Origin: Breznakia blatticola
GTDB taxonomy: Bacteria > Bacillota_I > Bacilli_A > Erysipelotrichales > Erysipelotrichaceae
Length of the DNA: 32,000 nt
Direction of reading: 5' to 3'
NCBI RefSeq assembly: GCF_004365815.1
Contig: NZ_SODD01000021.1
Location: forward strand, 1-32,000
Below the pieces are notes generated by a model. It did no database searches. It worked only from the letters and a program-made list of their open reading frames with translations, and was not told where the DNA came from. Position 1 is the stretch's first letter. Every line of letters begins with the position of its first letter. Shown here piece after piece: positions 8,042 to 15,169 of the stretch. Position numbers and translations under genes: made by a program.

Positions 8042-8917
8042 ATGGTGAAAGTGAAAGTACCTGCTACAAGTGCTAACGTTGGTGTCGGTTTTGACTGTTT
8101 AGGGATTGCACTGAACTTGTATACGTACTTTACTTTCAAGAGAAGTGATTCGTTTCAAATTACTGGATGTGAAGAACGTTTTGCAACAGAAGATAATCTT
8201 GTTTATACTTCATTTCAAAAAGCATTAGCGTATTTAGGTAAAGATGCATTTCAAGTACATATTCATATTGATAGTCATGTTCCAGTCTCTAGAGGATTAG
8301 GGAGTAGTGCAACATGTGTTGTTGGTGGTGTTGTTGGTGCATATGCATTAACCAATACACCAATTGATAAACAAGAAGTGCTACGTTTATGTACAGAGAT
8401 TGAACATCATCCAGATAATGTAGCTCCAGCGATATATGGTGGTTTAATTGCTAGTTATGTAGATGATAATCAACAAGTGTATCATGCTAGCTATTCAGTA
8501 CATAATCAATTTACATTTTTAGCCTGTATTCCAAACTTTGAGACAAAAACAAGTGATGCACGCAAAGTATTACCTACACAGGTACCATTTACTACTGCTG
8601 TTAGCAATGCATCAAAGTTAAGTTTAGTCTTAAAAGGATTTGAGCTTGGTGATGTAGACTTGCTACAAGCAACAATGAAAGATGAGCTCCATGAACCATA
8701 CCGTAAGCAACTGATTTTTGAATATGAACAAGTTAAGAAGATGTGTCAAGAAATCGAAAGTGCTTGTTTCTATATCTCTGGTAGTGGTTCTACTTTGATG
8801 AATGTGATGTGTGATGCAAGTAAAGTAGATGAAATTCAAAAACAACTGAATACATTGCAATATAAATGGCAATGTATTCCACTAGTTGTAGATGAACAAG
8901 GAGTACAAATATGTTAG
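8042..8917 (+). CDS. thrB: Homoserine kinase, 291 aa.
   Basis: It has the GHMP-kinase motif PVSRGLGSSATCVV and the N-terminus VKVPATSANVGVGFD. It starts 2 nt after the thrC stop. Confidence 0.9.
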   Translation: MVKVKVPATSANVGVGFDCLGIALNLYTYFTFKRSDSFQITGCEERFATEDNLVYTSFQKALAYLGKDAFQVHIHIDSHVPVSRGLGSSATCVVGGVVGAYALTNTPIDKQEVLRLCTEIEHHPDNVAPAIYGGLIASYVDDNQQVYHASYSVHNQFTFLACIPNFETKTSDARKVLPTQVPFTTAVSNASKLSLVLKGFELGDVDLLQATMKDELHEPYRKQLIFEYEQVKKMCQEIESACFYISGSGSTLMNVMCDASKVDEIQKQLNTLQYKWQCIPLVVDEQGVQIC

Positions 8918-9351
8918 ATTCCTATTTAATTGTTTCAAAAGAAGTGTTACCTGAAGTAATCTTAAAGGTTATTGAGGTAAAAAAGATTTTAGAAACAAAG
9001 GAAGATGCGCAAGTTAGTGATGTCACTCGTGAAGTAGGCATTTCTCGTAGTGCATTCTATAAATATAAAGATCATGTCTTTGAACCAAGTAACACCAATT
9101 TATTAGAACGTAAGGCATTAATTGCATTTACTTTAAGTGATGAAAAGGGCATTTTGTCTGAAGCATTACTTACATTTTCTGCATTTGGTTGTAATATATT
9201 AACGATTAACCAAAACATTCCAATTGCCAAACGTGCTAATGTAGTGACAAGTATTGATGTTAAAGATATGAAGGGCGAAATCCAAGAATTGATTAATCGC
9301 TTACAAGAAATTAAAGGTCTTTCCAAAGTTCGATTGTTGTCTATCGAATAG
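8911..9351 (+). CDS. Stand-alone ACT-domain protein, 146 aa, of the UPF0735/PheB-like family.
   Basis: The length and N-terminal pattern (YLIVSKEVLPEV...VSD..RE.GISRSAFYKYKD) match the UPF0735 ACT-domain family, followed by an ACT-like beta-alpha-beta-beta-alpha-beta half. The ATG at 8911 overlaps the thrB stop (8915-8917) by 7 nt. Confidence 0.75.
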   Translation: MLDSYLIVSKEVLPEVILKVIEVKKILETKEDAQVSDVTREVGISRSAFYKYKDHVFEPSNTNLLERKALIAFTLSDEKGILSEALLTFSAFGCNILTINQNIPIAKRANVVTSIDVKDMKGEIQELINRLQEIKGLSKVRLLSIE

Positions 9352-9375
9352 CCAGAAAGGCTTTTCTTTTGTTTT
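9349..9375 (+). terminator. Weak terminator-like hairpin after the thr operon: AGCC 9350-9353 / GGCT 9359-9362, followed by a T-rich tail.
   Basis: The stem is only 4 bp and is followed by tttcttttgtttt. This is marginal. Confidence 0.3.
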
Positions 9376-9454
9376 ATCAACCAATAACTTACAAACCATA
9401 TATATAATACAAACAGGAATATGCAAAAAGCATACGCTCTGATGATGTTTCTAA

Positions 9455-9483
9455 TTGTTAAGGCATATTCATTGTGATATAAT
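9455..9483 (+). promoter_or_regulatory. Sigma-A promoter for sepF: TTGTTA (9455-9460), 17-nt spacer, TGaTATAAT (9475-9483).
   Basis: It has a perfect -10 with an extended TG and a 4/6 match at -35, and lies about 28 nt upstream of the SD AGGAGG. Confidence 0.6.
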
Positions 9484-9510
9484 TATCATTAGTATAGGAG
9501 GTATCTTTCT

Positions 9511-9918
9511 ATGGGTATTGGTAAAAAAATAAAGGAATTCATTTCACCGATGGATGAAGAGGAAGTAATTGAATACGAGGAAAACGAAGTAGAATCAATT
9601 TCAGAATATGAATCACCAAAATCAAAAGCTGTATCAAAGTTAAGTAATGATACAAAAATGGTTTTATTCGAACCAAGAGCTTATGATGAAGTTCATGAAG
9701 TTGCGAAACGTTTAAAAGAAAACCGTGCAGTTGTTGTTAATTTACACAAACTAACAAGAGACTATGCACAACGTACCATTGACTTCTTATCAGGGGTAAT
9801 TTATGCACTTGATGGATCTATTGAAAAAATCGGAACAAATGTAATCCTTTGTACGCCAAGAACAATGGGAGTTCACGGGAAAATTTCACCTGAGAGCGCT
9901 TCAGAAGTTAGTGAATAA
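9511..9918 (+). CDS. sepF: Cell division protein SepF, 135 aa.
   Basis: It has an N-terminal amphipathic helix (MGIGKKIKEFI), an acidic linker and the conserved C-terminal core (VLFEPRAYDEV...VVVNL...AQRTIDFLSGVIYAL). The SD is AGGAGG. Confidence 0.85.
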   Translation: MGIGKKIKEFISPMDEEEVIEYEENEVESISEYESPKSKAVSKLSNDTKMVLFEPRAYDEVHEVAKRLKENRAVVVNLHKLTRDYAQRTIDFLSGVIYALDGSIEKIGTNVILCTPRTMGVHGKISPESASEVSE

Positions 9919-10666
9919 GCAAAAACAAATACACTTTAAAGGGAATGAGGATTTTCTGGCTAGGATAGATGATTATTTGGATCAACTATCCATTTACCAC
10001 AAAGTTTTCACTCCTTTTTTAAGCCCTGCTGAACAAGAAATCCTTCAACGCTATGTTGGTAAAAAAGTATATACGACTTTTGATGGAGGATATCCAGATG
10101 CAGAATATAAACGTTGTTTATTAAGTTATGAGGATAAACAAATACCATTACCTATTGTATGCTTACATGCAATATATGATACAAAATACTATAATCTAAG
10201 TCATCGTGATGCACTTGGTGCAATGATGAATCTAGGCATTGAACGCCAAACATTTGGTGATTTAATTGTTGAACATGGGGATATCTATATCTTTGTTAGC
10301 AAGGATATAGCAGGATATATCAAACGTGAACTTGAAAAAATTGGGCGTTGTCCAATTCAACTGGAAGAAAGTGAAGCACCAATTCAAAAAGAAATCCATT
10401 TAGAATATAAAACACATATGGTTTCTTCTTTGCGTTTAGATGCATTGGTTGCAAGTATTACACATCTAGCTAGACAAAAAGCACAAGCTTTAGTACATGA
10501 TGGAAGAGTAAAAGTCGATCATCTAGTGGTTGAAGATTTGGCTCACATATGTGATAATAAATCCATACTCATTTCGATTCGAGGGTATGGTCGCTTTATG
10601 GTAAATGATACCGGGCGAAAGACAAAAAACAATCGTTTTGTTTTGGAAATCGGTAAGTATGAATGA
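9911..10666 (+). CDS. ylmH: YlmH-like RNA-binding protein with an S4 domain, 251 aa.
   Basis: The N-terminal pattern (HF..NEDF......Y....TPFLSPAEQEI) and a C-terminal S4-like segment (LRLDALVASI...SRQKAQALV..GRVKV) resemble B. subtilis YlmH, and the position between sepF and divIVA agrees. It has a GTG start that overlaps the sepF end by 8 nt, so the start is less certain. Confidence 0.7.
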   Translation: MNKQKQIHFKGNEDFLARIDDYLDQLSIYHKVFTPFLSPAEQEILQRYVGKKVYTTFDGGYPDAEYKRCLLSYEDKQIPLPIVCLHAIYDTKYYNLSHRDALGAMMNLGIERQTFGDLIVEHGDIYIFVSKDIAGYIKRELEKIGRCPIQLEESEAPIQKEIHLEYKTHMVSSLRLDALVASITHLARQKAQALVHDGRVKVDHLVVEDLAHICDNKSILISIRGYGRFMVNDTGRKTKNNRFVLEIGKYE

Positions 10667-10682
10667 TGGAAGGGGGCTCACT

Positions 10683-11144
10683 ATGGAATTTGATCGCGTA
10701 AAAAATGGATATAATCGATATCAAGTCGATAGTGAACTAGCTGCTAAAAATCAAGAAATTGATGAACTTCAAAGAAAGTTACTTGCTTATAAAAAACAAA
10801 ATGAGGAAAATGATCGAAAAATTGAAGAAATTGGTAGAAAATATACGAAGTTGTTACATGACTTAGATATAAAAGAAAGAGCCATTCGTGAAATGACACG
10901 AAATGCATTAGATGAAGCAAATGGAATTTTAACTACAGCAAATCGTAATGCAGATATGATTGTCAAAGAAGCGTTGCAAAATGCAAAAACGATATTGCTA
11001 AATATCTCAAAATTAGGAATTGAAGCACACGAAATTAAGATTAATTTGAATGAACAGCTACAAATTTTATCAGAAACGATAGATGGGTTTGACATTCCAC
11101 CCATTCCTAATGTAGAATTGATTGAAAAGAAATACAAAGAATAA
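10683..11144 (+). CDS. divIVA: DivIVA-domain protein, 153 aa.
   Basis: It has the N-terminal DivIVA motif (F....NGYNRYQVDSEL) followed by a long heptad-rich coiled coil. The SD AGGGGG lies 6 nt upstream of the ATG at 10683. The track start at 10605 overlaps ylmH and has no SD. Confidence 0.75.
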   Translation: MEFDRVKNGYNRYQVDSELAAKNQEIDELQRKLLAYKKQNEENDRKIEEIGRKYTKLLHDLDIKERAIREMTRNALDEANGILTTANRNADMIVKEALQNAKTILLNISKLGIEAHEIKINLNEQLQILSETIDGFDIPPIPNVELIEKKYKE

Positions 11145-11360
11145 GACATGCTATATATTTGGATTGCTTAGAGAGTTGTCGGTTGGTGAAAGACAAACAT
11201 GAAATATATATAGATATCACTTAGGAGTAGCTTATCTGAAATGAGTAGGATAAGACGTATAAACTACGTTACAGTTAATGAAGCGCATGTATGAATATAC
11301 ATGAAGTAAGGTGGTACCGCGTAATCACGTCCTTATATGATTTGTAAGGACGTTTTTTTA
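11142..11360 (+). promoter_or_regulatory. T-box leader (tRNA-Ile-sensing riboswitch) controlling ileS.
   Basis: The following elements were read directly. AG box AGAGAG 11170-11175. Distal-loop GGTGAAAG 11185-11192 on helix TTGTC/GACAA. Stem I helix CTATATAT 11151-11158 / ATATATAG 11206-11213. Specifier-loop AUC-A at 11216-11219, closed by TAAG 11142-11145 / CTTA 11220-11223. F-box-like CGTTA 11267-11271. T-box sequence AAGGTGGTACCGCG 11308-11321. Terminator at 11327-11359. The AUC (Ile) specifier matches the downstream ileS gene. Confidence 0.85.
11327..11359 (+). terminator. T-box expression-platform terminator.
   Basis: It has a perfect 9-bp stem, ACGTCCTTA (11327-11335) / TAAGGACGT (11345-11353), followed by T7. 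The 5' arm can pair instead with the T-box sequence to form the antiterminator. Confidence 0.85.
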
Positions 11361-11380
11361 ATTTAGAAGGAGAGCAAGAG

Positions 11381-14110
11381 ATGGAATACAAAGATACCTT
11401 ATTAATGCCCAAAACCGATTTTGAAATGCGAGGAAACTTAGTTAAAAAAGAACCTGGTATTCAACAACGGTGGGAAGATGAAAAACTTTATGAACAAATG
11501 CTAGCAAAACGTGATGGCAGCGAACTATTCGTATTACACGATGGTCCTCCATATGCAAATGGTGATATTCACTTAGGACACGCATTAAACAAGACATTGA
11601 AAGATGTGATTGTACGTGCACGTTTTATGCAAGGATATAAGACACCATTTATTCCAGGATGGGATACACATGGTTTACCAATTGAAACAGCAATTCAAAA
11701 ACAAGGGTATAACCGTAAAGAAATGAAAGTGGAAGACTTTAGAAAAATCTGTCACGATTATGCACTCGAACAAGTAAAAATCCAAGAGAAAGGGTTTAAA
11801 TCTTTAGGTTGTATTGGGGATTATGATCACCCATATATCACTTTACAAAAAGAATTTGAAAAAGATCAAATCAAAATCTTTGGTAAAATGGCAACGGATG
11901 GTTTAATCTATCAAGGTAAGAAACCGGTATACTGGTCACCAAGTAGTGAAACTGCACTAGCTGAAGCAGAAATCGAATATAAAGATATTAAAAGTCCAGC
12001 AATTTATGTAAAGTTTAACGTACTTGATGGAAAAGGTATCTTAGATGAAAAAGTAGATGCGTTTGTAATTTGGACAACGACACCTTGGACACTACCTGCG
12101 AACTTAGCGATTTGTTTGAATCCATTTTTAGAATATGCACTTGTCGAAAGTGAAAAAGGAAATCTTGTTGTTCTTGCTAGTAATGTAGATACCCTTTGGG
12201 AAGAATTAGGACTAGAAGAGAAGAAAATCCTAAAAACATTCCGTGGTGAACATTTAGAAGGAATTACAGCACAACACCCATTCTATGATCGTGAATCGTT
12301 AGTAATTTGCGGACAACACGTAACAGAAGATGCTGGTACGGGATGTGTACATACAGCTCCAGGACATGGGGAAGATGACTTTATCGTAGGGATGAAGTAT
12401 GGACTTCCACCATACTGTCCAGTAGATGAACAAGGACATATGATGGCCGAAGCAGGTTCTTGGTTAGAAGGACTATATGTTGATGATGCAAATAAAGTGG
12501 TAACGCAAAAACTTGAAGAAGTTGGTGCATTATTAAAACTTGAATTCATTACGCACAGTTATCCACATGACTGGCGTACAAAGAAACCAATTATCTTTAG
12601 AGCAACAAAACAATGGTTTGCCTCAATTGATAAGATTCGTGATCAATTACTTGAAGAAGTTGCAAATGTATTCTGGACACCTACTTGGGGAGAACAACGT
12701 TTACACAACATGATTCGTGATCGTGGTGACTGGTGTATTTCTCGTCAACGTGCATGGGGAGTACCAATTCCAATTATCTATGCAGAAGATGGAACACCAA
12801 TCATGGAACATGATTTATTCGAACACTTTGCTGCTTTAATTGGTGAGTTTGGAACGAACGTATGGTTTGAAAGAGATGCCAAAGATTTATTGCCTGAAGG
12901 ATATACACACCCAGGTAGTCCAAATGGAGAATTCACAAAAGAAGTAGATACAATGGATGTTTGGTTTGATTCAGGTTCAAGTCACACAGAAGCAATGATT
13001 GGACGTGGACTTCCTTATCCAGCGGATTTATATTTTGAAGGATCTGACCAATACCGTGGATGGTTTAATTCATCACTAATTATTGGTACAGCAGTATATG
13101 GTCATGCGCCTTACAAACAAATTCTTTCACACGGATTTGTTATGGATGAAAAAGGTGTGAAGATGTCTAAATCGCAATGGAATGCAGTTGCTCCAACAAA
13201 AATCACACAACAATATGGTGCAGATATCTTACGTCTATGGGCAACAACTGTTGATTACCAACAAGATGTAAGTATGGGAGATGCAATCTTAAAACAAGTA
13301 TCTGAACAATACCGTAAAGTTCGTAATACGTTTAGATTTATCTTAGGAAACATTAATCCAGCTGACTTTGGTCAAGCAGATATGGTGCCTGAAGATAAAT
13401 TGACACTTGTAGACAAACACATGTTAGTTCTATTAAGTGAACTGAACCATGAAGTAAAAGAGTTATATGTAAAATTTGATTTCTCAACAATTACATCAAA
13501 ACTTACAACATTCATGACAAATATGCTAAGTGCATATTACTTAGATTTCACAAAAGATATTCTATATATCGAGAAAAAAGATGATACACGTCGTCGCCAA
13601 GTACAAACGGTATTATATAAAGCGTGTGATACATTATTAAAATTATGGTCACCAATCTTAGTGCATACAGCTGAAGAAATCTCTGATCACTTTGCAGCAT
13701 ATGAAGGTACAGTACACTTGACTGCATTCAACAAAAGCGAACGTATCGCTGATGATGAAGTAATTAAAGAGAAAATGAACCGCTTATTTGCGATTCGTAA
13801 AGATGTGTTCAAAGCAATTGAACAAACAAGAAATGACAAAGTCATTGGAAAACCGCTAGAAGCACATGTGATTTTACATGCAAAGGATACAGATAAAGCA
13901 TTACTTGAAGAAGTATTAGGTGATAAAATTCACCAATGGTTAACTGTATCAAAAGTTTCATTTACTGAAGATGAACTTGAAGCATTCGAAGTAATTGAAG
14001 TTAAAGTAGAAAAATGCGAAGGTAGTGTATGTCCAAGATGTTGGAACATTACAGATTCACATGCTGAAGATGGTTTATGTGAACGTTGCGCAAGCGTATT
14101 AGAAAAATAA
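11381..14110 (+). CDS. ileS: Isoleucyl-tRNA synthetase, 909 aa.
   Basis: It has the HIGH motif (GDIHLGHALNK), the KMSKS motif (VKMSKSQ), a CP1 editing region and a C-terminal zinc knuckle (CPRCWN...CERC). The SD is GAAGGAGAG. Confidence 0.95.
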   Translation: MEYKDTLLMPKTDFEMRGNLVKKEPGIQQRWEDEKLYEQMLAKRDGSELFVLHDGPPYANGDIHLGHALNKTLKDVIVRARFMQGYKTPFIPGWDTHGLPIETAIQKQGYNRKEMKVEDFRKICHDYALEQVKIQEKGFKSLGCIGDYDHPYITLQKEFEKDQIKIFGKMATDGLIYQGKKPVYWSPSSETALAEAEIEYKDIKSPAIYVKFNVLDGKGILDEKVDAFVIWTTTPWTLPANLAICLNPFLEYALVESEKGNLVVLASNVDTLWEELGLEEKKILKTFRGEHLEGITAQHPFYDRESLVICGQHVTEDAGTGCVHTAPGHGEDDFIVGMKYGLPPYCPVDEQGHMMAEAGSWLEGLYVDDANKVVTQKLEEVGALLKLEFITHSYPHDWRTKKPIIFRATKQWFASIDKIRDQLLEEVANVFWTPTWGEQRLHNMIRDRGDWCISRQRAWGVPIPIIYAEDGTPIMEHDLFEHFAALIGEFGTNVWFERDAKDLLPEGYTHPGSPNGEFTKEVDTMDVWFDSGSSHTEAMIGRGLPYPADLYFEGSDQYRGWFNSSLIIGTAVYGHAPYKQILSHGFVMDEKGVKMSKSQWNAVAPTKITQQYGADILRLWATTVDYQQDVSMGDAILKQVSEQYRKVRNTFRFILGNINPADFGQADMVPEDKLTLVDKHMLVLLSELNHEVKELYVKFDFSTITSKLTTFMTNMLSAYYLDFTKDILYIEKKDDTRRRQVQTVLYKACDTLLKLWSPILVHTAEEISDHFAAYEGTVHLTAFNKSERIADDEVIKEKMNRLFAIRKDVFKAIEQTRNDKVIGKPLEAHVILHAKDTDKALLEEVLGDKIHQWLTVSKVSFTEDELEAFEVIEVKVEKCEGSVCPRCWNITDSHAEDGLCERCASVLEK

Positions 14111-14160
14111 AAAATAAGCACTTGTCAGTTTAATTTGACGAGTGCTTATTTTCCTTTTTA
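14111..14160. terminator. Bidirectional intrinsic terminator between ileS and the convergent small membrane-protein gene.
   Basis: The stem is AATAAGCACTTGTCA (14113-14127) / TGACGAGTGCTTATT (14136-14150) with one G-U pair. T-runs follow on both strands. The 3' arm encodes the last codons of the minus-strand ORF. Confidence 0.85.
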
Positions 14161-14378
14161 TACTTACGTGCAAAGTAACCAGCAATAGCAATGACACTAA
14201 CCATGATTATCACCATACACAGTGAAATCAAATTGAAATTATTTGCAATATTTGCAATATGCAAGCTCGATTGATGTTCAATTTCGCTTGCGTACGTAAC
14301 TAATTCTGTTTGCACAATACTGATAGTAGCTAAAATGACTGCAAATACTAATAATAAAAGTCTGACTTTTCCTTTCAT
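14130..14378 (-). CDS. Hypothetical small membrane or secreted protein, 82 aa.
   Basis: The SD AGGGGG lies upstream of the ATG. It has an N-terminal signal-like segment (MKGKVRLLLLVFAVILATISIV) and a C-terminal TM helix (LISLCMVIIMVSVIAIAGYF) followed by a basic tail (ARKYKKENK). I recognise no family. Confidence 0.55.
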   Translation of the reverse strand: MKGKVRLLLLVFAVILATISIVQTELVTYASEIEHQSSLHIANIANNFNLISLCMVIIMVSVIAIAGYFARKYKKENKHSSN

Positions 14379-14482
14379 GTAGAACCCCCTGATTTCTCAC
14401 CCTTATCATAACAAATTCATCATAGTTGTCCATTCAAACGATTATGAAATATAAAATATGTAGAACAACACGAGTTTGTTGT

Positions 14483-14510
14483 TTGTTGTTTTGCATAGAT
14501 TTGATACAAT
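14483..14510 (+). promoter_or_regulatory. Candidate extended -10 promoter for the GNAT gene: TGaTACAAT (14502-14510), with a weak -35 TTGTTG (14483-14488).
   Basis: Read directly. The predicted TSS at about 14517 lies just upstream of the SD GAGG (14518-14521) and the ATG at 14527. Confidence 0.45.
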
Positions 14511-14526
14511 AACCTATGAGGTATTT

Positions 14527-15039
14527 ATGAAGTTATTAAAAATGAGATCATTGGATGAAGCATATCCGTTATTACAAGAAGCATTTCCGCTTAGTGAATT
14601 GCGTCCATATACATATATTGAAGAAAAGTTGAAAACATCATTTGTTGAATTACTTGGTGCATATGAAGAACAACAACTAGTCGGTGTATTTTTACTTTGG
14701 AAACTACAAGATTGTATCTTTGTGGAAAATTTTGCAGTTGCTAAACATACAAGAGGACAGGGAATCGGTTCGAAAATGCTAGATGCTTTGAAAGAGAAAT
14801 ATCCACATACAACACTGATTTTAGAAGTAGAAGAACCCTTTGATCATACCAGTGCTCGTCGCGTTGCGTTTTATAAGCGTAATCAATTTCAAATCTATGA
14901 ATCAACATATTTACAACCACAAATAAATACAGAAAAAAATATGCATCCATTATGCTTTATGAGTTATCCAGAACCTTTGAATGAAGACTTATTTTTAAAG
15001 TATAAAGCAGAGATTTTCAAGTTCGTTTATGAAGTGTAA
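14527..15039 (+). CDS. GNAT-family N-acetyltransferase, 170 aa.
   Basis: It has the acetyl-CoA-binding motif A (FAVAKHTRGQGIGSKML). The SD GAGG lies 5 nt upstream of the ATG at 14527. The track start (TTG at 14476) would include the promoter-like sequence and has no SD. Confidence 0.75.
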   Translation: MKLLKMRSLDEAYPLLQEAFPLSELRPYTYIEEKLKTSFVELLGAYEEQQLVGVFLLWKLQDCIFVENFAVAKHTRGQGIGSKMLDALKEKYPHTTLILEVEEPFDHTSARRVAFYKRNQFQIYESTYLQPQINTEKNMHPLCFMSYPEPLNEDLFLKYKAEIFKFVYEV

Positions 15040-15073
15040 CTGTATTTTATACATATAAAACGAAAATATTATC

Positions 15074-15101
15074 TTGACAAACGATATGTCGATGATAAAA
15101 T
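15074..15101 (+). promoter_or_regulatory. Strong sigma-A-type promoter upstream of gltB: TTGACA (15074-15079), 16-nt spacer, TGaTAAAAT (15093-15101).
   Basis: It has a consensus -35, an extended TG and a 5/6 match at -10. It lies 35 nt after the GNAT stop. Confidence 0.65.
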
Positions 15102-15112
15102 TAAACACAAAC

Positions 15113-15157
15113 AAAGACGTTTGATGCCTTTTTGGGCACTGACGTCTTTTTTATTTT
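15113..15157 (+). terminator. Intrinsic-terminator-like hairpin plus U-run inside the gltBD leader, a candidate attenuator.
   Basis: The outer stem is a perfect 8 bp, AAAGACGT (15113-15120) / ACGTCTTT (15142-15149). The inner stem is TGCC (15125-15128) / GGCA (15135-15138) with a 6-nt loop. It is followed by TTTTTTATTTT, and the SD GGAGGA begins immediately after at about 15158. Confidence 0.6.
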
Positions 15158-15169
15158 GGAGGATAACAT

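Noticed and set aside
9421-9477. 18-aa hydrophobic mini-ORF (MQKAYALMMFLIVKAYSL) between the thr operon and sepF.
   Set aside because: Its AGGA is only 3 nt from the ATG, which is poor spacing, and it overlaps the sepF promoter hexamers. It is most likely a chance ORF.
14444-14512. 22-aa Cys-rich mini-ORF (MKYKICRTTRVCCLLFCIDLIQ) in the divergent spacer upstream of the GNAT gene.
   Set aside because: It has no SD and arises from a low-complexity TTG/TTT run that also contains the GNAT promoter.
15113-15157. ANTAR-type dual-hexaloop antiterminator target in the gltB leader.
   Set aside because: Only one hexaloop (UUUUUG) is present, it lacks the A..G loop positions I remember for ANTAR targets, and there is no tandem second hairpin.
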